Shown here: one piece after another, positions 13,798 through 26,765 of the stretch
Position numbering within the stretch: position 1 is the first letter of the stretch
Layout of the letters: each line of letters begins with the position of its first letter
NCBI GenBank assembly: GCA_977017645.1
Contig: OZ360242.1
Coordinates: forward strand, 30,194,001 to 30,258,000
Direction: 5' to 3'
Source: Torpedo marmorata
Lineage: Eukaryota
DNA length: 64,000 bases
The notes under the pieces: generated by a model
Databases searched by the model: none
Told to the model about the DNA's origin: nothing
Seen by the model: only the letters and a program-made list of their open reading frames with translations
Position numbers and translations under genes: made by a program

Positions 13798-16700
13798 TAT
13801 CTGCCAGGTCTCTTTAGAGATTGATTTGACTTTTTCGCTAACTTTAAGCGATAAAAAATAAAGCAAAACACTAATACGAGAACATCAAGGTGCCCTATTA
13901 CATTATTTGTAAAATGATCAATTCAATTTTTAGACAGCCCAGTTTAATCTTGTGGTAATAGGGAACATTTTTTTTGTTCCCGAAAGCTTGCTCTCAAATC
14001 CCCTCTAATCTTCAACCTCCTATTTCAACCACGTCACCCTCCACCCCACAACCCCCCCCCCTTCCCAAGCACACACATGAGCACACACGAACACATATAC
14101 AACCATTTATGTTTGCACAAAAGAGATTTTGGAAATCCAGATTTATAGCGATGTTAATGAAAATAACAATGTGTTTATGTTCGGTGCCAAAACAACTGCA
14201 GTGAAAGCAGTCAACACATACTCTCCGGTGAGACATATTTCCACTAAAGGAATCGCTAATCGTAGAGCATTAGTCCTAGTCTAATGCGAAATTCGCATCA
14301 GTTATTTCAGCTGAAATAGCAACAGCAAACAGTGTACATTTTATGTGTCTTGCTTTTTAGTTGGCTCCACTGGAAGGCCAAAAGAACACATACGATTCAT
14401 GTAGACATGTTATCTGTCTAGACCTCATATCTAATGACTTCACGTTCTTCTATTCTGTCGTTCTAAGGCGGAGACGTATTGATGATCTAAGTTATTTCGG
14501 TTTTCAATGTGTTTGCTTGAAGAATTATGTAAAATGCCCTTTCCCTGTCCTATACTCCTTGGATAGAATCTCTTTCGGAATATCGCCAGGTATATTAAAC
14601 CTTTGAGAGTTGTCTTTTTAAATTTTATAAATCTATATGCAATTGTAGTGGGAAATGTTTCTTAACATGATGTTTCCTGCTCAAATCAAATATTGTTGAC
14701 AGTTCTAAAATCCAATTGTTTAAGGGTTAAAGTGGTGCATTATATGACAATCTATTTAAAATTTATTTCCATGCTGCAGAAGCTTACGTTTCACTTATTG
14801 TGCCCCACTATATTTGGAACTGAAATGAATAGTCAATATTCAGCAACACTCTTCCTGAAGTAAAAGGGTTTTCTAACTGATGTTTTTTATTTTGCAATTC
14901 CATTAATGTTTTGCTAACTTACAGATATGGTCACTATCTACGGCCTCGCTTGAGAGAGGGGGGGCTTTTCAAAAATTGTTTTCCAATTATTTGACCGTTG
15001 ATCAGTAAAACAAATATAATGCGCTAACGCCAGAAGCGGAGTCAGCTATTGCACGTGTTTATCAGGAGCTTCAGACAGGCAATGAAATGTTGTCATTCAT
15101 ATGTATCAAGGTCCTTGTCATCCTATGATACCAGTGCAGTTGGTGGATATAAAAACACATATAGTTAAGAAGCAGCAGCCTTTACCCGGTTGACCGAAGT
15201 TCAGGTAAGCTCGCTAAAGCCATAGCTGCCCCCCAGCCGCCCCACCCAACCTCAGCAGGAACCGACGTTACAGAAAACGTCCAAACAAGATACAGAAAGA
15301 ATTGTGTCAAAGGCTGATTTGTTGACCGCTGAATCATTTCATTAAATCAACGCGCCGCTTCGTCTTTTTCACTCAAAACAAGTAAGGTTTAAAACACGCC
15401 TCGTTTTGTCAACCCCTCCCCTTCAGTTGAATGTGAAAAGACAAGCACAACAGCATCCTTATCTGCAGATAGGCTCAACCAGTTCTCTCCGGTTGCGCTG
15501 GGAGCTGCAGATAGGCGATTTCAGATATCGCACTGCAACATAAAGTAACGTTCTGGGGTACGTGTTCTGTGCTTTACAATGCGATAATGTTCTAACGCAA
15601 GACTTGGTCTAAAGATATTAAGTTTGTCAAGAGTGTGAAAAATAAATGGTATGTTTCGCAGTCCGTTCTGAATCGACACCGCGCGTATCATGGAGCAGGC
15701 ATCTAGTTAATGATTATACGACAATATTATTGTTGCGCAGCATTAGATTTATCTTAGCAACCAAGCGCTCACATTCTATTCATAATTCACTTTCATCCAA
15801 TCGCTTCTTTCTCGCAAATATGCTGAAGGATGTAAGCACGCGGTCAGTATTTTAATTCAAATCGATTGTACGGAATCTGAATGGTGACAAATAAATGGGT
15901 TCAAAAGAAAGAGCAACGCCCTGACATAATTTACTGTGGTCAGTCCGGTGAGATTTATTGCCGCCACTGTACCTCTGATCTCGCGCTTTGTGAAGAACTG
16001 TTTGCAATTCAAATATCCGGGGAAATTAACTGATTTAAATCAATGAGCGTGCACACACTCGCAAATAAGGGAGAGAATATTACGTTTACCCTGGCAAATA
16101 TAAACGGTGCAAAGTAGACATTATCGATTGCATCCGAAGGTTACTGAATACATACACCCCGACCTCCATTCGCACAAGTACACAGCCGTTTTTAATATTG
16201 ATGCAAAGTTCGGGAAGATCTTTGCTTTCGCGAGGTCAGGTTTCACAAATCAAAAGCCGAATTGGCATGTTTGTTCATTAATAAACCTGTACAGTCAGAA
16301 AGGCTGAAATGTATGTGGTGGGGACAGTCAAGAATTTGGATTGTGACTCTGGTTGAGCAGGAGGACATTTCGATGTCCACGCGGATCCTAATTATATGCC
16401 TTTCACGAGAATTACTATCATAAAACATCTCCCGGTTTATTCCATACGATCTGAAGAGAAATTAGGGTTGGAGAGATTATCAAAGACTATGTTGATTGAC
16501 ACACGGGGACCTAGAGCAGCAGGCCAAGCGGGTGATCTATGAAATACCCTTTCAACTTTGAAAGTTTTACTACATCTATTCTCGTGCTTCTTACTTTTCA
16601 GAACAACCTCTACTGCGGTATCAAGATTACCTTCTCTACGTCAACAGTGTTATGCTTTATAGCAGGCGTCACCTACTTGAATCAAATCAACCATTCTATG

Positions 16701-19254
16701 GGTGCAAAATATTGGATTGAGGTTCAGTGCTAGCGGGCAGTATCTTGGTGATCATTACACAGGGCTGTTGGATGTGACGCGGCTGCATCAGCTTAATCGA
16801 AGATTTTAAGTACATATTAATTTTTATTTATGTGTACTCTGGCTGGCGCCAAGGACACTGGCGTTGCTCAAGAGAATCGTCCTTTTATTTCTTAAAAAGG
16901 AAACTATCGTGGAGTATGTTTATTTTTAAAACACCCTTGGATCTGGTAAAAGATTTGCCAAAGTTGCTAATGATTTCTATTTCAAATATGTAATATTTTT
17001 TTAAACCGTGGCCCTCCTTTTCCATCCTGTAATCTTGTTGCTTTCGTTGGCATTTGAAAATCCATAACCTAACGCATGATCTATTAGCGGGCTGTAATAT
17101 ATTTAAACCATAGCAGAACATAGACTGAATTGAATAAAATCTTACAAAGTTAAAATGACCCTGCACATTTTTCTCAGAGCGACCTCTCACAAAGCTGGGA
17201 TAGCCACTCCAACCAGCAGTGAACGCACGCAATATGATTCAGAAGACCAAGACTCAGTGCATATCATACAGTTTACAGCCAATCACATGTTAAAAATCGA
17301 ATGTTAAACGTTTTTACACATGGGAACTAGGACGTCCTCTTTTCAGCTCAAGCAGAAATGTGCGTTTCAGACCTTTGGGGAAGAAACCGAAGGTTCAGAT
17401 CTAATTTCCTCCGTTCTCCCTGTTGCTGATCACTCGGTTCCGTTTTTGAGCGGTTAAGAGAGTTTGAGGCTGGCGGAGGTGGTGAGTTACGTGGAGTGAA
17501 AGTGGCATTCATTCGTTTCACCAACTATCCGCAGTCCCCGCTTTGTAATCGCCGTCAAGGCGCTCTATCAACTCGAGAGTTGGGGCTGAGCTACTTTCCC
17601 AAATATCGATTCAATGGCGTCAATCCTCCAAACAGCCTTTTCAGTTGGGGGGGGGGAAAGAAAGAATCGTTGAATTTCGACTGCCAGCCCACCCTGAATT
17701 CCAGTACTTTCCATCTCCTCAATTTTGTGCTCTATGTCATTTTTGCTAAGCAATGGCTTTGAATTTGCCTGCAGGGCCTTAATTTTATGTTAACGCAAAT
17801 ATTCTATATATAAACGTGAAAGTTATTTGTAGGGCATTGCACTGAGAGAATGGGAATGCATTGTGTAAACTGGGAAAAGTTTTTCTCCCCTTCTGCAATC
17901 GCCGCATATCTTTCTAATTCCAACACCCTGCCACGTGTTATTAATGTCTGCCAGGGAAGCAGAGAATATATTTGCCAGCAAACTAAGACGCCACCGAACA
18001 TTCGTCACGTAAGCAGCGCTATTTACTGTGGCTTCGTTTAACGACTATTAAAGAAAAGCCTTCAACTCAAGGTCGAACTCCCAACCAAATGGCTGTATAG
18101 AAAACATAGAGCACAATAAATATAGCCGGGTAACCTTGCAGGCTGCAGTTTGCCCTTCATTACCCATTCCTCAAACATGGCTCCCAACTGACCGAGAGTA
18201 TTATTATTTTATATATATTAAAAACACGAAATCACACAGCCACGGTTCAACTTGTCTTCAACACGCACATGATGCATTTAAGAGTTCAATTAAAGCATCA
18301 GATAGACAGTTGTAGCTCGATTATTGAAGATAAACGAAGTTTTAAATAAATTACAATCCCGTTTGTCGATCCATCCACGCACACCACAAACACAAACGCA
18401 CAGCTCTAGCTCGTTATTAACCGGATGATTTATTGTTATACATACCTAATCACATTATAGCTTCTGTTGCATCCCAGTGAATTAAACAATGAGTCACACA
18501 TTGACAAAACTAGGGAAAAGAAAAAGAACTAAATGTAACCAATTGTCTTAAGATTCCTCAGTACACAAAGAATCCACGGAGCAGGCGTTGCATTTAAATT
18601 ACATGATGGGATGCAATACATTGATTTTCTATATTTTAAAATACAGCAGCATTTTTTCCATTAGAACAGAAAGGAAGGGGGAAAATAAGTTGGAAGGAAG
18701 CTGTCAGTCATTACTGCTCCATTGATCATTCACAATCTTCTGCATTCTGCTGTTGCCATCAGTCAATCCGCACTAATTGTCCCTCCCCTCCCCCTCTCTG
18801 GGCGTCTCTCCCTCTCTCGCTTTCTATCTCGATCCTGTCGCCAATTTGAGACAAACACAACGCTGATGAGTCCTTCAGAAGTTGCTTTTCTTTCATTCGA
18901 GGCGCGATTGTGCCTGGGAGATATTCAGATGAGCTCTTCCAAACATTCAGACGGTTGTTCCCCTGGCGCTCGGGAGCTCATTACTATTTTAGTCCCCTTC
19001 CTTGTGTTAGGGAACTTGAGGAACTTGAAACTGCCTGAAAAAAAAACATGAGACAACACTGCGAGGCAGAGTAGATGGGGAACTTGAAACTCCTCGCCAG
19101 ATTCTTATTACTATTTTGATCATTCACGAGAGAATGGGAGACCTCGAAACCGTACAATACTGAGTACTATTGTGATCGTTCAATGCCGTACAAAGGATCG
19201 CCTTGAAACCTCCCGTGCTCTCTAATTGGTTTTTCAGGGACGTCGCGAGGGTGA

Positions 19255-19365
19255 GTTGGCCCCGGGCCAATCAGAGGCGTGTTTACATTGATTGATTGGC
19301 AGCTGGCTCGGCCAATCGGAGAGTTATTGACACGGGGTGATTGACAGGAGGCAGGCGGTGGCGAA
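19255..19365 (+). promoter_or_regulatory. Probable TNRC18 core promoter: three CCAAT boxes plus PBX/PREP-MEIS decamer
   Basis: CCAAT at 19267 and 19312, ATTGG at 19295, TGATTGACAG at 19338-19347, variant TGATTGGCAG at 19293, forkhead-like TGTTTAC at ~19280. Lies 2 kb upstream of the coding exon. Confidence 0.7.
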
Positions 19366-19369
19366 ACAA

Positions 19370-19533
19370 TGTGTGCTTCATTGCAAAAAGAGAGTTTGGA
19401 AGACTGGCTAGAGTTGAAAGAGGTTTTTGTATTTTGTTTTCTGTATGGCGATTCCAGAAATTGCGTTCACCTCTACCTTGGATTAAAATAAACTGGTGAA
19501 AAATCTACTTAGCTGTCTGAATCGTCCATAAAC
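19370..19533 (+). other. TNRC18: Probable non-coding first exon of the TNRC18-like gene (start approximate)
   Basis: Follows the promoter cluster and ends at a strong donor AAC|GTGAGT (19533/19534). Inferred without transcript data. Confidence 0.5.
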
Positions 19534-21259
19534 GTGAGTAAAGTTTCGCATCTAACGTATTCTAACTATTGTACGGGGTAAGATGTGAAGTAATGGGAAG
19601 GCGCGCAAACCGTGAAAAACATTTATTCTGGGGGCATTCGCACAAATTTGGATTGGGAAGTGAGATTCTCCAGAACATTGGACGTTACTAAAATAGCGGT
19701 GGGATTCTTTCTTATATACAGTATTTTAATGCTGTCGAAGCGGCTGTCTAACTCTCCACTGAAGTTAGACCGGATCTTTTGTAACAGCAAGTTAAGAGGA
19801 TCAATGCTACTCGCTTTTAAAAAAAATATAGATCCATTTTCATTTTATTGCTAAAAAGAAGTGAAAATAACCAAACGTTGACGCGTAGATTCTCCTACCC
19901 CACAAAAAAAGAATGTTTTTTTTAATGCTCCACGGTAGACGTGGATTGCAATTGATTGTACTCTCTGAACAAATGCCTGTTTTTAATTAAAGTCAAAATT
20001 TAAACAGTTTCATGAAACACTGGGCCAAATCCTGGATACGAAAACAAAGCTACTAAAGGATTCAGTTGGCAATGTGGCGAAAAGTTCTCGACAGAAAAAT
20101 TCTTCGATTCCATATGAAGATGTTAGTATTAATGCCTGCTGCTCTTGCCGTGTACATTTTGGGATGATTTACACGCCTAACCGATGGGTTTTAGGGACGT
20201 TGCATGTTTCAGCATGTTTTTTTTTACACATCGCTTATGATGAGAGAACAGTCACGGGTGGGAATGAACTTGGGATTTTAGGACCTGCAAAAAAAAAAAA
20301 AAAAATCACAATGATAAAACAATTATACGCTTTAATGAGGAAAGGAGTCTGTTGATTATATTGAATGAAACGTAGGAATTGAAATAGTTTAATTAGATTG
20401 GGTGGAGGATAAACGTTATTTTTAAGCAACTATTCCCCTCTACGTTTCAGGGTTATAGTGATAGAGCAAAAATATTCTCTCTTCAGAAGCTCCCATTCTT
20501 TCAGCACTTCTCAATTGCTGTTTTTTTCTATATATTTCATTTTTATTATGGACTCTGACGATGCAAAATATGGCTTTAAACTTCTTTTAAAAATGATCAT
20601 TTTGTCCAGTGTTTTAAAAAGCTATTGGCTTCAGAATGTAATCATCTATAATTGTATGAGGCAAACACGTTTGCAGTTTTTTTTTCATAACCACCCGCTG
20701 CTCCCACCTTTTTTAAACTATGTGCCCATGGTGACAATGTAGTGGACAATCGGCAGTTAAAATAAAGCTGGGGAGATTACTTTGAACTAAAAACCCTTAT
20801 TGTATGCATTTCTGCTGTCGAATGGGCGGGAGTTGCAGCATAATTATCCTTAAGAATCGTGCAAAAAGCTGTATTTAGTGTTCCATGCATTCGGTATGCC
20901 TTGCGTTAGCGCTGCTCACTGAAATGCCAGGCAGAATTCGAAGTGATTGAACAGTTTACAAAAAGACGGAACTTTCGGTAAAGTCTAAAAACTGCATGTC
21001 CTGAGCTCTAACATATACTTAAATTACAATTTAAGAACGAAGACTCATGAGCTGAATATGGCGCCGATGTTCAAAGAGGATTTTTAAAAAGTTGAACTTG
21101 GAACATAAATGTAATTTTCTCCCTGTTATTTTAATTAATAAAATCCACGTTTCTAATGATTTGAGTTATTGTAGTAAAATGCTTCTAAACGATCGGATTT
21201 TATATTTTTAAATTGCATTGTATAGATTGAAGGAATGTTTCTCTCCTCTTATTGCACAG

Positions 21260-21387
21260 ATGCTGTTCAGAATGGCGCAAACAAAACCTGATAATATGCT
21301 TGCTAATCTTGGGCCCATCTAGTAGCCTGAATTAAACAGGAGGGATTTGTTCCGAGGCAGAGTTGAAAAGAATCACATTGACTCATT
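21260..21387 (+). other. TNRC18: 5' UTR portion of the first coding exon
   Basis: Polypyrimidine acceptor CTCTCCTCTTATTGCACAG| ends at 21259. Confidence 0.6.
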
Positions 21388-21589
21388 ATGGATGGGAGAG
21401 ATTTCGGCCATCACCGAACAGTTCACGTCCCTTCTCCACTGCTCACTGGGCTTGGCATGGAGGCGCACAGAGTCGGCGCGCCAGGCGGCAGGATCGTTTC
21501 CTCGGCCGGCCACCTTAGCTCGGCGCTCGGGTCTCATCTTCCCCCGGGCAAGTACCTTTCTTCGCCGGTTTCGGTTCATGGACATTCGG
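21388..21589 (+). CDS. TNRC18: First coding exon of trinucleotide repeat-containing 18 (BAHCC1/TNRC18 family chromatin reader); 67 codons plus 1 nt
   Basis: MDGRDFGHHRTVHVPSPLLTGLGMEAHRVGAPGGRI...LPPGKYLSSPVSVHGHSG aligns with the recalled TNRC18 N-terminus (MDGRDFGPQRSVHGPPPPLLSGLAMDSHRVGAA...LPPGKY...HPHPG) better than with BAHCC1. Phase-1 donor CGG|GTAAGT at 21589/21590. Confidence 0.88.
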
Positions 21590-22514
21590 GTAAGTGGAAC
21601 CTTCTCTTCTTCTCACCGTTCTCCATGTTTTTAGTGCTTTAAAAATCTGCATTACGTCTGAACCATCTTAGACCTGGTATTTTGTATTTTCTAAGAAAAA
21701 CAATGATTTTTCAAAACCACGAGGGTTTGCTTAGTAAAAGACAGTCCCTCCTTTGGCGGAGGGAAGGGATATTGGAAGGTTTTTAAAAGTTTGCTTGGAA
21801 CTTCTGTAACTTTATTGTCAAATGATTTCGTACCTAAATTGTGGCAAGATATAATGGATATAGTCCTTAACAATAATACTTAGGGTGAAATGTTTCCTAT
21901 CTAGATCTCATTGGCTGTAATCAGGTGGTGCTCATGAGTAGTTTCCCCTTTTATCAAAATGTTAAGCGCATTCGAAATACCTTTGCCTCCATTGAGCTGG
22001 TGGTGTGTTCTCTTATGCTTGGAATCAACACAGGACAGGCAGACTAGAAACACCGAACTGTGCAGAATATAATGAAGGAAATGCCGTTCCTTTGGAGCTT
22101 TCTGTTGCTTAGAACTAAGCGAGAGGACCTTAGCTTGCTTGTGGTAATATTGCTGGGGTGCTAAGCTTTAATTAAATTGAACGATGCCGATGGGAAAGGT
22201 TGGACTATATAGATTACAAATATATACTCCTAACTCTGAAAACCAATTAAGTCAGCATTTTAGAATGTGTAGTATTGATGAGAAACATTTCGGGCCAAGG
22301 TTGTATCTTACCTGGAACTACTTTGCGTTTCTATTTTCGAATCTCACCTTTTTACAGACGAGAAGCGTGCTGCCTCGTACCAGTACCTCAGCTAACATTA
22401 ATTCGACCATGATTCCGAAGTAACATTTGAACAGTTGGCTGTGATTTGGATCTCTTTACTGCATTCAATGCGAGCCAATTTACGGTATAAGTACCCAAAC
22501 ATCTAAAAATACAG

Positions 22515-22561
22515 ACGCTGCGAGACCGACTGAGTTCCTCCAACATTTCTGTGTGTTTTTA
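22515..22561 (+). mobile_element. Penelope-like short repeat fragment
   Basis: GACGCTGCGAGACCGACTGAGTTCCTCCAACATTTCTGTGT matches ~11932-11975. Confidence 0.65.
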
Positions 22562-25500
22562 TCTAAAAATACAGGGCGATTTGAAGCAGAGAGAGAGACA
22601 TGGTCGAACGCATTGCCAGGTTGAAGATAGATAGAAAGAGTTGCAGTAAAATTGAAGGTAGCCCCCTAAAGTCAAACAAGCGATCTGAATGGATAGGAAT
22701 TTCAAATCGGATTAAACTGCAAACAACTTTTTTTTTGGTGAATTCGAACAAATACTCGCACCTTTGTATGAAAGCGCAGTTCTAATTCTCTCTAAATGGG
22801 TTCCTTTTTGTATGTAAATACACAAAACATTGGTCACAATTAAATGCTGACAACATTCTTTAGTGCATTTTATCATTTCGGTAGAAAGATATCGAAGTTA
22901 AAAAGTTTGGGCAATGTTTACAGAGATAGGATTTTTGTTTCGAATTTGTGACATATGTTATATATTGCTAAATCTCATTTGATTTATTTATTTTAGAAAG
23001 TTTATGCCAGGAAATTGATAGTAATACACAGGACACATTCCAAAAACATACCAGACATAAACCGGAGGGAAGGTCGACATTACTGTGGTGGTTGTGGGGG
23101 TGGGGGTGAAGTTGTTGTTAAGGGGTCCATGCCAACTGGTTTAAATGAATTGTAAATGTTTCTCGAGGAAGCTGCGCCTCGCTGACTACTTTTTCCCTCA
23201 AGCATGCAAATTGTCTGACATTCACGCTTGTTAAAGGATGATTAGAACTGCCCAGATTGAAAGTGCACCTTTGTGTGAGAAAACACTGGTGGGGCTGGGA
23301 GCAAAAAGCGCCAAACATGCCATTTGCGGAATTACATTGGTATGAGTATATCTCAATATATGTTTATATAACAAGACAAACTGATTCGCAGGCTGTTGGC
23401 CATTCCCGCAAGATCGCGGCACGTCCGCCTATTGAATTATAGCTAATATTTAAGTGCAGACCTTAATTCATTTTAGATCGTTAACTGTTTACAATCAGAC
23501 CTTCGCTGCAGTGTGACTGCTTAATTGATGATATTTTGAAGTTGTCTCATTATCAAACGCAAATGACTTCTTAAAAAAAGTTTTAATTCCCCCCCCCCCA
23601 TATTTCCCTTATTCTCCTCCCGGGTTCTCAGCGTTTTAATAGCTCCGCTCCCTTTAACCATTCTGTTAAACAAGCACAAAGTTAAGTTTCTCTACAATTT
23701 TAGTGCCTGTTATACTTTTCGAGGAACGGAGCTTTAGTTGAAGCTTTCATAAAACCAGCGCTGAAACCTTTTTTATTCCTCGATGTAAAAACGCGAAATA
23801 CCAACCCCCCCCCCCCCCACACACACATAACAATTACAACTGAAAAGATAATCCATTGTGTGAATGGCGCAAGTATCATCGTTTACCGAGCTAGTTAAAC
23901 GTCTGACGGGCTCTTGCTTGACACAGACTTGAAGGCGCTTTTACTATTTTTTTCTGGGCTGCTGAGTTGTGAGATACTGGAAATGCATGATGATGTAGGA
24001 GATGGGCTTTAATTTAAATGCTTTGTGTTGGTAGACGAGGCTGAAACGCCTTTGATTCTTAGCTTCTCTCCGTGTTTACTGTAAAATGGGTTTGTTAACA
24101 AGTCCACCCCAGATAATACAGTCGGCGGTTAAAGTGTTAATGCTTTGCCTTTTTTTGCGCAAGGTAATTGTCCCAACTGTACAACCATGTCTTACAGAAA
24201 ATGTTAATTTCGACAGTTATTTTTAATCATTCAGCTAAGTGAGAACGACTTTAAGTTTCAGTGTAATAATGACCGTAGCAGCAGGTTTCACTGGCCATAT
24301 GTCCCACTGCATTACCTTTAATGAGTTTTAAATATTAAATTATGGAGAGTGGTTTCAAGTTTCCGTTGAAGATTTCGACTGCTTTGCCGTTGGAAGGTGG
24401 CCGTACATTAAAATTAGTAATACTTGGTCATATTTATGTTAGTCGACTTCAGATATCGACGAGAGATTTCAAATAAGTAGCTCCAGGTCATCGCGGTTTG
24501 AGCGATTCTCATGAAAGACCTGCGAAGAGTAGAAGTGGGGGGGGGGGGGGGGGTAAGGGAATAGAGTAAGAGTAAGAGTAAGATAACTTATATGGAGTGA
24601 ATTTAAAACTGCAAAAATCTATGTAAGGAACTTGGTGAGCTGGAAGGGTAGACGATGTAAGCTGGCTATTTGTGGACGTGTTGGCATGGTAAGACATCTT
24701 ATTGTTGCAGCTTGGCATTGACACAAACATTCTATTTTTAAAACGACTTTTTAAAGCTTAAAACTTCGGTCAGGGTAACTCAGGGGCTGAAGGACATGGT
24801 GCGCGAGTGGGAAGCCTTCAGCTGACACGCAGCACAGAGTCTCGTCACTCCCCGTGGAAAGTACAATATTAACGAGTACCATACTTCTTTCAATTATGTT
24901 CCCCGTCACTACCTCTAACATTTATTTTATTATATAACCGAAAGCAACGTATCTAGAATATTATTTCCATATTAAAAGAAAAGTGTAGCAAAGTGAGTGC
25001 GATCTAATACCCGGCGTTTAAAGTCACTGTATTCTATTCCGTGTCTCATTTCTCCGTAATGAGCTCTAGGCATTTTAAAAATTAAACAGCGGTTCCTCTT
25101 TTTAGCACCGTGCCTTTTTAACAAGCTCAAATTCTCATCAGTTCTGGATTTAAAAGTTCGAACTGGAAATTGGATACTGCGATCGTGGATGTGTCTGCCC
25201 AGGAATCCCTTAGAACGCTCTGTGCCCTTAGTTCATACGTTTCACCGTAATTAAGGAGGAGAAGGTTTGTGCAGGGTCTTCCTCCGGCGTTTTTAACGGT
25301 GTTGTTGAAACCTGTTCAAATGGACGGTTATTGAAACCAGTTAAAATCAGCTCTGTTACTCCTTTACTTAAGCCTGTAGGACGGTCTCTTTTAACCTCTC
25401 GCCGGCCAGGCGGAGAATTCTTTCTGATCACTGCAAATTTGGGGATTTTAGCGAGGTCAGCCTTTTCACGTGCAGAAGGGACGGAGGCATTGAAGGTCTC

Positions 25501-26460
25501 ATCTGGAAAAAAAAGACGCGATCTTAGAAGGTGGAGTGGCCTCGCCACATGGTTTGGCTAAGAAATTACATTATTAACAACAATATCACCGTTTAGCTCG
25601 CACTGATTTATATCGTTTTCGCTGCCAATGCTTGAAAGCAACGGCTGCGCCTATTTTCGCTGAGATTTATTGGGATACAAGACAGCGTGGTCCAGTCTCT
25701 CTGATCACCAACCTGAACTTAGCACTGACTGAACAAATGCTCTGAGTAAAAAGTTTCACACGCGGAGGACTGGGTATGATAAATGAATCAGATGATCCGA
25801 AATTACATTCCAGCGGTTTCCAAAAATGGGAGCTGTCTGGCGCGGATTTAATTGTGAAGCGGAATCAGGTTGTGCGCCTTTTAACTGAGTAAGCAGAAGA
25901 GATATGCTTCATTCCACTTCCCACTTCTCCTGTAATCAGAAATCAGACCGGTAGGGTCCAAAGTCTTGTTTTTGTGGCTAAAGCTTATGCCCAACAATTT
26001 TTTTAGATAAATATTTCAAGGGCTATTCCACTCTCAAGGACAATGCTTGTAACCCAAGTACATAAAAAATGCATGCATTCAAAAGGGTAAAAATGAGAAG
26101 GTAACATTGACGGGTTGAAATGAAGGCAGTAGCCCGCCTGGACCAGCACGGATTAGTTGGGCCGAATGGTAAATGCAGTACATTCTATCTGTGTTACATG
26201 AGAAATGTACCGAAAGAGCTGTCTGAATGTCAAGGAGAGTGGGAATAGCCAGCGGGGTTTGAAAGGACCCCGAAGGGATAATAGTCTCCAAACATGCTCG
26301 GACTGAATTCAAGCAGCCGTCACTGATAGGGGTGAGCAATGGATAAAAGCAACCCAGTTTTAAGCGCTGATACCAAAAGAAATCTGAAACACCAGACAAC
26401 CTTCGCTCCAGCAGAACTCAATCCTGGTGCTCAGTGCCTCAGTCCAAAAGCAAAAAACGC

Positions 26461-26632
26461 CTGCAGATGTTAAAAATCTAAAATAAAAACAAAAATACTG
26501 ACAATGCAGCAGGTCAGATGCACACGAAGAAAAAAATAACGTGGATGGTTATGAAACCTTAACTCTGCCTCTATTGCCACTGATGCTGGTTGACCCTCTA
26601 TCCTTTCGGCAGTATCTGGGTTTATTCCCCGC

Positions 26633-26672
<40 letters not shown>

Positions 26673-26765
26673 GGCAAAAAAAAGGTTAACTACACAAAAG
26701 TGCTGGAGAAACTCAGCAGGTCTAGCAGTGTCTTTGGATAAGGGAGAACGTTTTGGGCTTGAGCC
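26461..26765. mobile_element. Cluster of Penelope-like fragments in both orientations around a (CT)n(CA)n microsatellite
   Basis: Minus copies at ~26461-26523 and ~26691-26765, plus copy at ~26550-26600, microsatellite at 26634-26670. Confidence 0.6.

Noticed and set aside
21388-21589. BAHCC1 assignment for the exon
   Set aside because: It shares MDGRDF and PGKY, but the RxVHxPxPLLxGLxMxxHRVG segment matches TNRC18 as I recall it. A lineage-specific paralogue is not excluded.
21347-21634. Alternative ORFs 21347..21634 (+) and 21373..21585 (-)
   Set aside because: Shadow frames of the GC-rich TNRC18 exon. Only the 21388 frame matches a known protein, and it ends at a splice donor.
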